A stretch of 64,000 nt of DNA from Caulobacter sp. (lineage in GTDB: Bacteria; Pseudomonadota; Alphaproteobacteria; Caulobacterales; Caulobacteraceae), in assembly GCA_017744495.1 (NCBI GenBank), contig JAGIBE010000235.1, positions 4,154 through 68,153 of the forward strand. Reading direction: 5' to 3'. Every line of letters starts with the position of its first letter. Within the stretch, counting starts at the first letter, position 1. Below are positions 46,082-58,140 of this stretch, piece by piece. The notes beneath the pieces were generated by a model. It saw nothing but the letters and a program-made list of their open reading frames with translations. It did not search any database and was not told the origin of the DNA. Made by a program: the position numbers and the translations under genes.

Positions 46082-47437
46082 TCAGTCGCCGGTGGCCATG
46101 ATCCAGACTTGCGGGAACTGGCGCTCGAACCGGCCCAAGGCCTGGGCGTCGAGGCGGGCGACCAGGCGGACGCCGCCGTCGGTCTCGTCCTCGCGGCTCT
46201 CGACCCGGCCGTTGCGGTAGATCCAGGCCAGGGCCTCGCCGTCCGAAGCGGCCAGGCGCACGGCGACCGGCGGCGTGTCGTCGATCAGGCCGCCGACCCG
46301 CTTGAGCAGCTCGGCGCAGCCCTCGCCGGTGACGGCCGAGACGGGCGAGGCGCCCTGGCGGCGGGCCTGGCCCTCGAGGATCTCACGGGCCTCGCCGTCG
46401 ACCAGGTCGATCTTGTTCCAGACCTCGATCAGGGTCTTGCCGTCCTCGGCCTCGCCGTCGTCGCCCAGAACGCCCAGCTCGGCCAGCACCTTCTGGACGT
46501 CGCGAGCCTGGGCGTCGGTGTCGGGATTGGCCACGTCGCGCACGTGCAGCACCACGTCGGCCTCCTGCACCTCCTCCAAGGTGGCGCGGAAAGCCTCGAC
46601 CAGCTCGTGCGGCAGGTCGGAGATGAAGCCGACGGTGTCGGACAGGATCGCCGGCCGGCCGTCGGGCAGCTTCACGGTGCGCAGGGTCGGGTCCAGGGTG
46701 GCGAACAGCATGTCCTGGGCCACGACGGCGGCGTTGGTCAGGCGGTTGAACAGGGTCGACTTGCCGGCGTTGGTGTAGCCGACCAAGGCGACCGTCGGGT
46801 ACGGGACCTTCTTGCGGGCGCTACGATGCAGGGTGCGGGTGCGCCGCACCTCCTCCAGCTCGCGTTTCAGCTTGCCGATCGTGCCGGCGATCAAGCGGCG
46901 GTCCAGTTCGATCTGGGTTTCGCCGGGACCGCCGGTCGAGCCGGTGCCGCCGCGTTGGCGCTCCAGGTGGGTCCAGGTGCGGACCAGGCGCGAGCGCTCG
47001 TAGTCGAGCCGCGCCAGCTCGACCTGCAGCTTGCCTTCGCGGGTGCGGGCCCGGCGGGCGAAGATCTCAAGGATCAGGCCGGTGCGGTCGATGACCTTGA
47101 CGCCCAGGCCGCGCTCGAGATTGCGTTGCTGGACCGGGGTCAGCTGGTCGTCGAAGACCGCGACGTCGATCTTCTCGACCTCGCAGATGGCCTTCAGCTC
47201 GTCGATCTTGCCGCTGCCGAACAGGGTGGCGGGGGTCACCTGGCGCAGCGGGGCGATCATGGTCTCGACCACGTCGAGATCGAGGGCGATCGCCAGGCCG
47301 ACGGCTTCCTCGAGGCGCGCGTTGGGATCACGCGCCTCGATGGCCGCCTGGCCGCGCGCCGGGCGCACGGGATGGATCACGAACGCCCGGAAGATCGGCG
47401 TGGCGTGGTCGATGGACTTGGAAGTGGATTTGGTCAA
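46082..47437 (-). CDS. hflX: GTPase HflX
   Basis: GPGETQIELDRR, GYTNAGKS, LFATLD, DTVGF, NKID. Confidence 0.96.
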   Translation of the reverse strand: MTKSTSKSIDHATPIFRAFVIHPVRPARGQAAIEARDPNARLEEAVGLAIALDLDVVETMIAPLRQVTPATLFGSGKIDELKAICEVEKIDVAVFDDQLTPVQQRNLERGLGVKVIDRTGLILEIFARRARTREGKLQVELARLDYERSRLVRTWTHLERQRGGTGSTGGPGETQIELDRRLIAGTIGKLKRELEEVRRTRTLHRSARKKVPYPTVALVGYTNAGKSTLFNRLTNAAVVAQDMLFATLDPTLRTVKLPDGRPAILSDTVGFISDLPHELVEAFRATLEEVQEADVVLHVRDVANPDTDAQARDVQKVLAELGVLGDDGEAEDGKTLIEVWNKIDLVDGEAREILEGQARRQGASPVSAVTGEGCAELLKRVGGLIDDTPPVAVRLAASDGEALAWIYRNGRVESREDETDGGVRLVARLDAQALGRFERQFPQVWIMATGD

Positions 47438-47448
47438 AAGCCTAGAAG

Positions 47449-47697
47449 TCAGTCGTCTTGATCAGCGCTCGGCTCGTACAGTTGGACGGGCTGGGCCGGC
47501 ATGATCGTCGAAATGGCGTGCTTATAGACCAGCTGGGACTGGCCGTCGCGGCGGAGCAGGACGCAGAAATTGTCGAACCAGCTGACGACACCCTGCAGCT
47601 TCACGCCGTTCACCAGGAAGATGGTCAGCGGCGTCTTCGACTTGCGCACGCTGTTCAGGAAGGTGTCCTGAAGGTTTTGTTTTTTCTCGGTCGACAT
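47449..47697 (-). CDS. hfq: RNA chaperone Hfq
   Basis: [25 protein letters not shown]; acidic tail. Confidence 0.98.
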   Translation of the reverse strand: MSTEKKQNLQDTFLNSVRKSKTPLTIFLVNGVKLQGVVSWFDNFCVLLRRDGQSQLVYKHAISTIMPAQPVQLYEPSADQDD

Positions 47698-47777
47698 GGG
47701 GATTCCCCTCTTATTGTTTCGGAGGGCCACACGCCCCCCACACAAACGAGTTCAGAGACTAAAGCATTTTTCGCCGG

Positions 47778-47790
47778 TTGGTATGACCAA
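47778..47790. promoter_or_regulatory. TTGGT-N3-ACCAA palindrome upstream of hfq
   Basis: TTGGTATGACCAA about 80 bp upstream of the hfq ATG. Confidence 0.4.
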
Positions 47791-47835
47791 TCGGCGAAGA
47801 AAGTGCGCTAAGGCGTGTAAACCTAGACTTTCGTC

Positions 47836-48699
47836 CTAGATCGCCGCCGCCTTGGCGCGCTCGATATAGAGAGCCCGAAGCCGCGTCGCCACCGGTCCGG
47901 GCTTTCCATCGCCGATTTGCGCGCCATCGACGCTGACGATCGGCAGGACCAGAGTGCCGGCGCCCGTGATGAAGGCCTCCTTAGCGGCCTTGGCCTCCTC
48001 CACCGTGAACGGCTGCTCCGCCACCGGCAATCCAGCCTCGGCGATCACGTCCAGCAGGCTGGAGCGCGTGATTCCCCGCAGGATGTTGGCCTGGGTGTCG
48101 CGGGTGCGGAGGCGACCTTCCGAGTCGACGATCCAGGCGTTGGACGAGGCGCCTTCGGTGACCAGGCCCAGGTCGTCGATGAACCAGGCCTCGACCGCGC
48201 CGCGCTCGCGCGCCGCCTGCTTGGCCAGGGCGTTGGGCAGCAGGCCGATCGACTTGATGTCGCAGCGGCCCCAGCGGTTCTCCGGCACGGTGATCACCGA
48301 CTGGCCCCTGGCGGCCTTGGCCTCGGCGGCCACGCGATCAACGCGCTTGGCGGTGACCACCACCGACGGCGGCACGGCGGGATTGGGAAAGGCGTGGTCG
48401 CGCGGCGCCGTACCCCGGGTGACCTGCAGATAGACCATCCCCTCGCTGACCTTGTTGCGGCGGATGGCTTCGCGCAGCACCACGGTCAGGGCCTTCTCGC
48501 TCATCGGATGGGCGATCTTCAGCGCGTCCAGGCTGCGCCACAGCCGCGTGAAGTGTCCCGCCGCGTCGGCCAGCTTGCCTCCGAACACCGCCCACACCTC
48601 ATAGACGCCGTCGGCCAGCTGGTAGCCCCGGTCCTCGATGTGGACCGTGGCGTCGCCATGGCGAACGAACCGGCCGTTGACGTAGGCGAAACGCGACAT
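47836..48699 (-). CDS. dat: D-amino-acid aminotransferase (class IV)
   Basis: EDRGYQLADGVYEV, RCDIKS, TEGASSN, LRGITR, GKPGP. Confidence 0.88.
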   Translation of the reverse strand: MSRFAYVNGRFVRHGDATVHIEDRGYQLADGVYEVWAVFGGKLADAAGHFTRLWRSLDALKIAHPMSEKALTVVLREAIRRNKVSEGMVYLQVTRGTAPRDHAFPNPAVPPSVVVTAKRVDRVAAEAKAARGQSVITVPENRWGRCDIKSIGLLPNALAKQAARERGAVEAWFIDDLGLVTEGASSNAWIVDSEGRLRTRDTQANILRGITRSSLLDVIAEAGLPVAEQPFTVEEAKAAKEAFITGAGTLVLPIVSVDGAQIGDGKPGPVATRLRALYIERAKAAAI

Positions 48700-48740
48700 T
48701 GGACTTCCTTTCAAGCGCCAATCGAGCGCTGACGAACTGA

Positions 48741-48867
48741 CCGCTCATCCCGGCGAATGCCGGGACCCAGATCCCAAAGCGCCGGGCCTGACTGGACTAG
48801 CTCAGCGCTCTTGGCGTCAGCGTCAAAGCCATTCCATCTGGGTCCCGGCATTCGCCGGGATGAGCGG
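48741..48867. repeat. REP-doublet / MITE-like element with perfect 32-bp terminal inverted repeats
   Basis: CCGCTCATCCCGGCGAATGCCGGGACCCAGAT (48741-48772) and its exact reverse complement (48836-48867); each arm holds a TCCCGGC-N4-GCCGGGA hairpin. Confidence 0.85.
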
Positions 48868-48876
48868 GTATTGGGG

Positions 48877-50265
48877 CTATTCTTCCTCTTCGACCCGTGC
48901 ACCGGCGACCCCCAAGGATTTGAGTTTCCGGTGCAGGGCCGAGCGCTCCATGCCGATGAAGTTGGCGGTGCGCGAAATGTTGCCGCCGAAGCGCAGGATC
49001 TGGGCGTTCAGATATTCGCGCTCGAACAGCTCCCGGGCCTCGCGCAGCGGCAGGGCGATGATCCGCTCGGCGCCGATCGCCCCGGCGTTGCCGCCGGTCG
49101 GCTGATCGTTGGCGTTCAGCATCTCAGCGGTGATCAAGTCGCCCGGCTCGCCCGAGGCCAGGATCAGCATGCGCTCAACGTTGTTGCGCAGCTGGCGGAC
49201 ATTGCCCGGCCAGGCCTGGACCTGCAGGGTCGCCAGGGCGTCCTCGCCCAGCCGCCGCCGCTGCAGGCCGGTGGCCTCGCAGACGCGGTCGATGAAGTAG
49301 CTGATCAGCTCCGGAATGTCCTCGCGACGCTCCGACAGGCCCGGCACGCGCACCGGCACCACGTTCAGACGGTGGAACAGATCCTCGCGGAAGCGGCCGG
49401 CCGCGATCTCCTCGCGCAGCTCGCGGGAGGTCGAGGAGATCACCCGCACGTCCACCTGCACGTCGCTGTCGCCGCCCACCCGGCGGAAGCGCTGCTCGAC
49501 CAGCACCCGCAGGATGCGGCTTTGGGTCTCGCGCGGCATGTCGGCCACTTCGTCGAGATAGAGCGTGCCGCCGTGGGCCCGTTCGAAGACCCCGATCTTG
49601 CGAGGGCGACCGCCCTCGCCTTCCTCGCCGAACAGCTCGACGTCCAGACGCTCGGGGGCCATGCCCGCGGCGCTGACGGCCACAAACTCGTTGCGCGAAC
49701 GACCGCTGGAGCCGTGGATCAACCGCGCCACCAGCTCCTTGCCCGAACCGGGCGGACCCGAGACCAGCACACGGCTGTTGGCCGGGGCGACCTTGGCGAT
49801 CAGCTGGCGCAGGGCCTGGGCCGCCGCCGACTTGCCCATCAGGCCATCGGAGCTGAAGCTCTGCACCCGCAGGCGGCGGTTCTCGCGCTTGAGGTTGGCC
49901 GCTTCCAGGGCTCGCTCGACCACCAGCAGCAGGCGGTCGGACTTGAAGGGCTTCTCCAGGAACTCGTAGGCCCCGCGCTTGATGGCGCTGACGGCGGTCT
50001 CGATATTGCCGTGGCCCGAGATCATGATCACCGGCAGGTCGGGATCGAGCGCCTTGACCATGTCGAGCAGTTCCAGCCCATCCATGCCCCCGCCCTGCAT
50101 CCAGATGTCCAGCACCAGCAGCGCGGGCTTGCGGGCCCGCAAGGCGGCCAGCGCCTGGTCGGAGTCGGCCGCCACCCGCACCGCGTAGCCTTCATCCTCG
50201 AGGATGCCGGCCACCAGTTCTCGGATGTCGACCTCGTCGTCGACCACAAGCACGTCAGCGCTCAT
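48877..50265 (-). CDS. ntrX: Response regulator NtrX
   Basis: LDIW REC, AAA+ GSGKE, FGGNISRTA..IGMERSALHRKLKSL; follows ntrY. Confidence 0.94.
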   Translation of the reverse strand: MSADVLVVDDEVDIRELVAGILEDEGYAVRVAADSDQALAALRARKPALLVLDIWMQGGGMDGLELLDMVKALDPDLPVIMISGHGNIETAVSAIKRGAYEFLEKPFKSDRLLLVVERALEAANLKRENRRLRVQSFSSDGLMGKSAAAQALRQLIAKVAPANSRVLVSGPPGSGKELVARLIHGSSGRSRNEFVAVSAAGMAPERLDVELFGEEGEGGRPRKIGVFERAHGGTLYLDEVADMPRETQSRILRVLVEQRFRRVGGDSDVQVDVRVISSTSRELREEIAAGRFREDLFHRLNVVPVRVPGLSERREDIPELISYFIDRVCEATGLQRRRLGEDALATLQVQAWPGNVRQLRNNVERMLILASGEPGDLITAEMLNANDQPTGGNAGAIGAERIIALPLREARELFEREYLNAQILRFGGNISRTANFIGMERSALHRKLKSLGVAGARVEEEE

Positions 50266-52505
50266 ATCATCTCCTCTACGCCGTTCTGGGCGTTGGCGGC
50301 GGCGAGCCGCGCGGTCGTGGGGAACTTCAGGATGACCCGGGCGCCGGTTCGGTTCGACGCGTCGGTCAGGACCAGTTCGCCTTCGTGGTCCTCCATGATC
50401 CGCTTGACGATCGCCAGCCCGAGGCCGGTGCCCTTCTCGCGGGTCGTGACATAGGGTTCGGTCAGTCGGTCGCGGTCCTTGGCGGGAAGGCCCACGCCGT
50501 TGTCCTCGACGATCAGGCAGAGGTGTTCGTCGTCGGAGACCAGGCTCGCGGCGATCCGACTCGGCGGCTCCGGCGAAACCTGACGGCGGGCGGCCACGGC
50601 CTCACCGGCGTTCTTGAGGATGTTGGTCAGGGCCTGGCCCACCATGCGCGCGTCACAGCTGATCCAGACGTCCTCGGCGGGCTCTTCCAGCAACACCTCG
50701 GTCTCGGTGTCGACGAAGCGTTGGGCGAACACCGCCTGGCGCAGCATCTCGGCCAGGTCGGCCGGGGCGAAGCGCGGGGCCGGCATACGGGCGAAGGCTG
50801 AGAACTCGTCGACCATCCGGCCGATGTCGCCGACCTGGCGGATGATGGTCTCGGTACAGCGGTCGAAGGTGTCCAGGTCGCCGGTGATGTCCTTGCGGTA
50901 CTTGCGACGGATGCGTTCCGCCGACAGCTGGATCGGGGTCAGGGGGTTCTTGATTTCGTGGGCGATGCGCCGGGCCACGTCTTTCCAGGCGGCGTTGCGC
51001 TGGGCGGCCATCAGGCGGGTGATGTCGTCGAAGGTCAGAACCAGGGTCTCGGCCGCCTGGCCGGCGCCGCGGAAGCGCAGCCGCCGCGTGTCGCCGCCGC
51101 GCATCACGTCGATCTCGACCTCGGCGTTGGGGCGGCCGCCGCTGATTTCCTGGATCACGGTCTCCAGCTCGGGCGCGACCTCGACCAGCGGCTGGCCCAC
51201 GGCGCCCTCATCCAGGGCCAGTAGGTCGCCGGCCCGGCGGTTCAAGGCTGTGATCTTGCCCTCGGCGTCCAGACCGATGACGCCCGCGCTGACGCCCGAC
51301 AGCACGGTCTCGATGAACTGGCGGCGCGACTCGGCGTCCAGGCTGGCCACCTTCAGGGCCGCCTGCTGGGCCTGGAGGTCGGTGGTCATCATGTTGAAGG
51401 CGACGGACAGGGCGCGGATCTCGTCGGGACCGATCTCGACATCGACCCGAGCATCCAGGTCGCCGGCCGAGACGCGGCCGGCCGCCTGCACCAACCCGGA
51501 GACGGGGGCGGCGATCGAGTTGGCGGCGGCGATGCCCACCCAGACGGCGGCCACCAGCACCAGCAGCGCGGTCTCGATGTAGCTGAGGCCGAAGATCACC
51601 TGGATCCGCGCCTGGTTCTTGGCCGCCTCTCGGTACGAGATCAGCGACGCCTCGGACTCGATCAGGTGGGCCAGGATGCCCTTGTCGATCGGCCGGGCGA
51701 TGTAGAGATAGGCGTCCGGGAAGGCCTTCAAGCGGTAGAGCGCCCGGAAGAGGTCTTCGTCGACGAAGCGCTGCGATGTGATGTCGCCGGTGTCGGTGCG
51801 GCGGAAGCTGGACGGCGGCGGCGCCAGGAACGGCGGAGCCGTGTCGCTCTCGGCCCGCGCCAGGATGCGGCCGTCGCGATCCAGCACGTAGGCGGCCGAG
51901 AAACCGTTATCGTCGGCCAGACTCTTGAGGAAGTGCCCGAACGCCACCGGCGATTCGGCGAGGGTCGGGGCGGCCTGGTTCAGCGTGCCGGCCATGGGGC
52001 CGACATGCTGACTGATATAGGTGGTCTGCTCGGTGACGTAGGAGCGAGCCACGGTGGCGGAATTCTCGACCACGGTGCGCACGCGCTCGCTGAACCAGGC
52101 GTCGACCCCCCGGTTGACCAGCACGCCGAAGAACAGGGCCACGATCACGGCGGGGGCCACGGCGGCGACCGAGAACAGGCCGACGAACCGCAGGTGCAAG
52201 CGCGCGCCGGCGTCGCTGGCCCGGGCGTCGACCAAGTCCAGCAGCCGCCAGCCGACGATGCCGGCGATGCAGAGGATCAGGGCCAGGTTGAAGCCCAGCA
52301 CCACGAGGATGACGGTGGTGGCCGGTCCGATCGGCCCGGTGGCGGGCGGCGACGAAGCCAGGAACACCGCCGTGGCGGTCAGGGCGATCGCCACCCCGTA
52401 GGCTCCGCCGAGCGTGAACCGCGACCGCAGCAGCTCTCGCCACCAGGCCCGGCTGAACCGGGTCGGCGGTCCTTCAAGCTCCAGCACGGATGGAACGGAC
52501 GCCAT
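50262..52505 (-). CDS. ntrY: Sensor kinase NtrY
   Basis: TM + HAMP + PAS; [27 protein letters not shown]; EPYVTTREKGTGLGL. Confidence 0.94.
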   Translation of the reverse strand: MASVPSVLELEGPPTRFSRAWWRELLRSRFTLGGAYGVAIALTATAVFLASSPPATGPIGPATTVILVVLGFNLALILCIAGIVGWRLLDLVDARASDAGARLHLRFVGLFSVAAVAPAVIVALFFGVLVNRGVDAWFSERVRTVVENSATVARSYVTEQTTYISQHVGPMAGTLNQAAPTLAESPVAFGHFLKSLADDNGFSAAYVLDRDGRILARAESDTAPPFLAPPPSSFRRTDTGDITSQRFVDEDLFRALYRLKAFPDAYLYIARPIDKGILAHLIESEASLISYREAAKNQARIQVIFGLSYIETALLVLVAAVWVGIAAANSIAAPVSGLVQAAGRVSAGDLDARVDVEIGPDEIRALSVAFNMMTTDLQAQQAALKVASLDAESRRQFIETVLSGVSAGVIGLDAEGKITALNRRAGDLLALDEGAVGQPLVEVAPELETVIQEISGGRPNAEVEIDVMRGGDTRRLRFRGAGQAAETLVLTFDDITRLMAAQRNAAWKDVARRIAHEIKNPLTPIQLSAERIRRKYRKDITGDLDTFDRCTETIIRQVGDIGRMVDEFSAFARMPAPRFAPADLAEMLRQAVFAQRFVDTETEVLLEEPAEDVWISCDARMVGQALTNILKNAGEAVAARRQVSPEPPSRIAASLVSDDEHLCLIVEDNGVGLPAKDRDRLTEPYVTTREKGTGLGLAIVKRIMEDHEGELVLTDASNRTGARVILKFPTTARLAAANAQNGVEEMI

Positions 52506-52649
52506 TGACCAAGTTTAAGGTGGACTGTGCCCCAAACTCAACAGGTATGTGCCAATTTCGCGTCAGGCTTGTTGTTGCACTATGTTCACTCGCACGCGAC
52601 CACCTCCGTCGGCCCCGAAAGCCGGACGGAGGGGCGCATCAGTGACGTT

Positions 52650-54067
<1,418 letters not shown>

Positions 54068-54071
<4 letters not shown>

Positions 54072-55198
54072 GCGTGGGCGTCTCCAGTAGCGGGGGCAAG
54101 CTTCTCGGTCGCCATCGGCAGCAGCACGCGGAACACGGTGCGGCCGGGCTCGGACTCGAAATCGATCAGGCCGCCATGGCTGGTCACCAGCTTGGTGACC
54201 AGGGCCAGGCCCAGGCCGGTGCCGTTGGCCTTGGTGGTGACGAACGGCTGGAACAGGTGGTCGCGCAGGCTCTGGGGCACGCCCGGGCCGTTGTCCTGCA
54301 CGCGGATCTCGATCGGCGCGCCGGCCGCGGCCTTGCCGTCGGCGCCCCGCACCCGCACGCCGGGGCGCCAGGCCGTGTGGATCGACAGCATGCCCTGGCC
54401 GTCGCCGCGCGCGTGGGCGGCCTCGGCGGCGTTCTTGACCAGGTTCAGGAACACCTGGATCAGGTGGTCCTCGTCGCCCCAGACGTCCGGCAACGACGGG
54501 TCGTAGTGCTCGCGCAGGACCAGGCCGTCGGCGACGCCGTTGACCACCAGCGCCCGGACGCGGTCCAGCACCTGGTGGATATTCACGGCCTCGCGCGGGC
54601 TGGGGACCTCGTCGGAGAAGGCTTCCATGCGGTCCACCAGCCGACGGATACGGTCGGTCTCGTCCATGACCAACTGAGCCAGGGGTTGGTCGGCGGCGCT
54701 GGCGCCGGTCTTCAGCAACTGTGCTGCGCCCCGAATGCCGGCCAGCGGGTTCTTGATCTCGTGAGCCAGCATCTTGCCCAGGCCCACCACCGAGCGAAGG
54801 CCGGCGGCGTCGGTGGCCCGCTCGACGCCCAGCACGCCCTTGACGTGCAAGGTCAACAGCACCGAGCCGTCGCCCAGCGGCGCGGCCGCGCCGTCGGCCT
54901 CGAAGGGCGGCTGGCCGAACAGATTGACCTCGACCCCGTGCTCGCGGACCAGGGCCCCCTCGAACAGGGCGCGGTCCATCATCGAGACCAGCACCGAGCC
55001 CGGCGGCAGGGCGGCGCGGAAGCGGCCCCGGGCCAGCAGGGACAGGCCCTGGCCGAACAGGGCCTCGGCGGCCTCGTTGACGGCCACCAGCGCGCCCTCG
55101 CGGTCGACGACCAGGGCAGGCTCGGGGCTGAGGTCGAAAGCGGCGATCTTCAGGCTGTCGGCGATCTTGGCCGAGGCGACACGGGCGTGATCGGTCAT
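54068..55198 (-). CDS. ntrB: Sensor kinase NtrB
   Basis: [37 protein letters not shown]. Confidence 0.94.
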
Positions 55199-56202
55199 GC
55201 CGCCAGCCTCCGGTCGCCCAGCCATAAAGCGGCCAGGCCGTCCTCGATCGCGGCGGGATCGTCCAGCCGGCACAGGGCGGCGCGCGCGGCGCGCCGCGCC
55301 TCCTCGCTGTCCGGCCACGGCGCGGCCTCGATGTACGACGCGAGGTGTTTGCGGAACATCTTCAGGCCGAGGTTTTGGCCATAAAAGTCCAGGCTGCGGC
55401 GGAAATGGGTGACGGCGATGGCCAGACGCTCTTCGGCGTCCGGTTCGCGGAATCCCTCGCCGCGCAGCGACGCCTCGATGGCCTGGGCGATCCAAGGGCG
55501 GCCGTAGACGCCGCGGCCGATCATCACCCCGTCGGCGCCGGATTGGTCCAGCGCGGCGCGGGCGGTGTCGCCGTCGACGATGTCGCCGTTGACCAGCACC
55601 GGCACCTCGACCGCCTGCTTGACCGCCGCGACGGCCTCCCAGTCGGCCTGACCCTTGTAGAACTGGCACCGAGTGCGGCCGTGGACGGTGATCGCCTGCG
55701 CCCCGGCTTCGACCGCTCGGCGAGCGATATCGGCGGCGTTGCGGCTGTCGTCGTCCCAGCCCAGCCGCATCTTGACGGTAACGGGCACGTCGACGGCCTC
55801 GACGGCGGCGGCGACCAGGGCCTCGGCCAGATCCGGCTCGCGCATCAGGGCCGAGCCCGAGGCCGCGCCCTTGGTGACTTCCTTGGCCGGGCAGCCGAAG
55901 TTCAGGTCGATGATCTGGGCCCCGGCGTCGGCGGCCATCTTGGCGCCCTGGGCCATGTAGTCGGGGTCGCGGCCGACCAGCTGGACGACCATCAGCGGCA
56001 GGCCCTCGCCCACGGCGGCGCGGCGCACGACATCGGGACGCCCTTTCGCGAATTCCGCGCAGGCCACCATCTCGGTCGCCACATAGGCCGCGCCCAGCCG
56101 GGTGGCGGTTTCCCTGAAGGGCAGATCCGAAACACCCGTCATTGGCGCGATCCAGACACGCCCGGGCACCTCGACCTTACCGATTGCGAGACCTTTGCTC
56201 AT
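55195..56202 (-). CDS. dusB: tRNA-dihydrouridine synthase DusB (NifR3)
   Basis: [32 protein letters not shown]. Confidence 0.94.
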   Translation of the reverse strand: MSKGLAIGKVEVPGRVWIAPMTGVSDLPFRETATRLGAAYVATEMVACAEFAKGRPDVVRRAAVGEGLPLMVVQLVGRDPDYMAQGAKMAADAGAQIIDLNFGCPAKEVTKGAASGSALMREPDLAEALVAAAVEAVDVPVTVKMRLGWDDDSRNAADIARRAVEAGAQAITVHGRTRCQFYKGQADWEAVAAVKQAVEVPVLVNGDIVDGDTARAALDQSGADGVMIGRGVYGRPWIAQAIEASLRGEGFREPDAEERLAIAVTHFRRSLDFYGQNLGLKMFRKHLASYIEAAPWPDSEEARRAARAALCRLDDPAAIEDGLAALWLGDRRLAA

Positions 56203-56219
56203 TTTCTATGCATCCCCAT

Positions 56220-56236
56220 CGCACTGTTTTTAGGCA
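56220..56236. promoter_or_regulatory. NtrC-type binding site upstream of dusB-ntrBC
   Basis: CGCACTGTTTTTAGGCA: GC-N11-GC with a central A/T tract, resembling TGCACC-N5-GGTGCA. Confidence 0.6.
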
Positions 56237-56299
56237 ATTTGTGCGGCGCCGTAAAGCCTCTTCTCTGGACAAGTCGGGTCGGGCGGCTAAACAGCCGAC

Positions 56300-57451
56300 A
56301 TGATCTTCTCCGCCGTCATCGTCGCCGCTGGTTCCGGAACCCGGGCCGGGCCTGGCCAGGCCAAGCAATGGCGCATCCTGGCGGGGAAGACGGTGCTGCG
56401 CTGGTCGGTCGAGGCGCTGTTGGCCGGCGGTGCGCAAAAGCTTGTGATCGTGGCCGATCCCGAGGCGCGCGGGACGCTCGACGCGGCCTTGGACGGCCTT
56501 TCGGGCTGGACCACGACCGGCGGCGGCGCGACTCGCGCCTTGTCGGTCCAGGCCGGCCTAGCCGCGCTCGCCGATCGTCCGGCCGACGAGCCCGTCCTGA
56601 TCCACGACGCCGCCCGCCCCTTCCTCGGCGCCGCAACAATCGAAGCGGTGCTGAAGGCGTTGAATGACGCCGACGGCGCGATTCCCGCCCTCCCCGTCGC
56701 CGACACGCTGAAAAGCGGGGCGCTGGACGCAGCCGTCGTCACAAAACCGCGCAACGACCTCTGGCGGGCCCAGACCCCCCAGGCCTTCCGTCGCGATCGG
56801 CTGATGGCCGCCTACGCCGCCTGGTCGGGTCCGGATGAGCCCACCGACGACGGCCAGGTGGTCGAGCGCCAGGGCGGTCGTGTGGTCGTGGTCCCAGGCG
56901 ACCCGATGCTGATGAAACTGACCTATCCGGAGGACTTCGCCATGGCCGAGCAACTGGCGGGCCGCGCGCGCGTCACCCGCATGGGCCAGGGCTTCGACGC
57001 CCACCGATGGGGCCCCGGTGAGTCCGTCTGGCTGTGCGGCGTCGAGATCGCCCACGACGAGACCCTGATCGGCCACTCCGACGCCGATGCGGGCCTGCAC
57101 GCCCTGACCGACGCCATCCTGGGCGCGATCGGCGAAGGCGACATCGGCGATCACTTCCCGCCCACCGACCCGCAATGGAAGGGGGCGGCCTCGGACAAGT
57201 TCCTGATCCACGCCGTCGACTTGGTCCGCCGGCGGGGCGGCAGCTTGATCAATGTCGACGTGACCCTGATCTGCGAGCGGCCCAAGATCAAACCGCACCG
57301 CGCCGCCATGCGCGAACGCCTGGCCCAGATTCTCGACCTCCCGCTGGACCGGGTCAGCGTCAAGGCGACCACCACCGAGGGCATGGGCTTCACCGGCCGG
57401 GGCGAAGGCCTGGCGGCTCAGGCGATCGCCGTGGTCGAGACCCCGGCCTAG
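56300..57451 (+). CDS. ispDF: Bifunctional IspD/IspF
   Basis: AAGSGTR, HDAARP, AQTPQ; GFDAH, GHSDAD, GDIG.HFPP, KATTTE. Confidence 0.96.
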   Translation: MIFSAVIVAAGSGTRAGPGQAKQWRILAGKTVLRWSVEALLAGGAQKLVIVADPEARGTLDAALDGLSGWTTTGGGATRALSVQAGLAALADRPADEPVLIHDAARPFLGAATIEAVLKALNDADGAIPALPVADTLKSGALDAAVVTKPRNDLWRAQTPQAFRRDRLMAAYAAWSGPDEPTDDGQVVERQGGRVVVVPGDPMLMKLTYPEDFAMAEQLAGRARVTRMGQGFDAHRWGPGESVWLCGVEIAHDETLIGHSDADAGLHALTDAILGAIGEGDIGDHFPPTDPQWKGAASDKFLIHAVDLVRRRGGSLINVDVTLICERPKIKPHRAAMRERLAQILDLPLDRVSVKATTTEGMGFTGRGEGLAAQAIAVVETPA

Positions 57452-57454
57452 GGA

Positions 57455-58063
57455 TCAGAGCTCGTCACGGCTGGCGCGGTCGGCCAACGATTGGCAATAG
57501 CGTTCGAAATGTCGAGCCAGGGCTGGGCCAGGGCCGGGAAATGTCGTCGTCCGATCGCCGTAGGCCACGGACACCGTCGGGGCGGCGGCCAGGGCGTCGA
57601 AGAAGCCCTCCGGCAGGTCCCCATGCCCTTCTACGAAGGTGCGGCCGCCCAACGCCTGCGTACCGCGATAGGTCCGAAACACGGACTTTCCGGCTGTCAA
57701 GCGCAGCTGAGCCGCACCGCCTTGAGGGGCGTAGAAGCGGGCCTGGAAGCCGCCCGAGTGGACGCCCGAGCAACTGATCACTAATTCCGGCACGTAGGCG
57801 CGCGCCGAGGCTCCCGAGTCCTTGATCATGGCTTTCAGGCCCGAAACGGCCGGCACAGGCACTTCGCGGCTCAGGCTCACGGACCCGGTGACGCCATGAG
57901 CCACGCTCCATTGATAGGCCTGACCATCCTGGCTGAAGGTCTTGGGCCCCGGGGCTCGGTCGGTCCGGGCGTCGGCGATCTTCCCGCCCGCGACGCCAAG
58001 GACGACGAGCGCTCCGACCACGGTCAGGACCGGAGCGAATTGGGCGACGCGGCGGTTCTTCAT
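57455..58063 (-). CDS. Hypothetical exported or membrane-anchored protein
   Basis: AGGAG RBS; N-terminal hydrophobic helix; beta-rich domain with two Cys. Confidence 0.6.
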   Translation of the reverse strand: MKNRRVAQFAPVLTVVGALVVLGVAGGKIADARTDRAPGPKTFSQDGQAYQWSVAHGVTGSVSLSREVPVPAVSGLKAMIKDSGASARAYVPELVISCSGVHSGGFQARFYAPQGGAAQLRLTAGKSVFRTYRGTQALGGRTFVEGHGDLPEGFFDALAAAPTVSVAYGDRTTTFPGPGPALARHFERYCQSLADRASRDEL

Positions 58064-58140
58064 GTAATCTCTCCTGACTCGACGGCGCGACAAGATCACG
58101 GGCCGACGCCCTGCATAGTTGCATATAACCTAGAGGCGCG

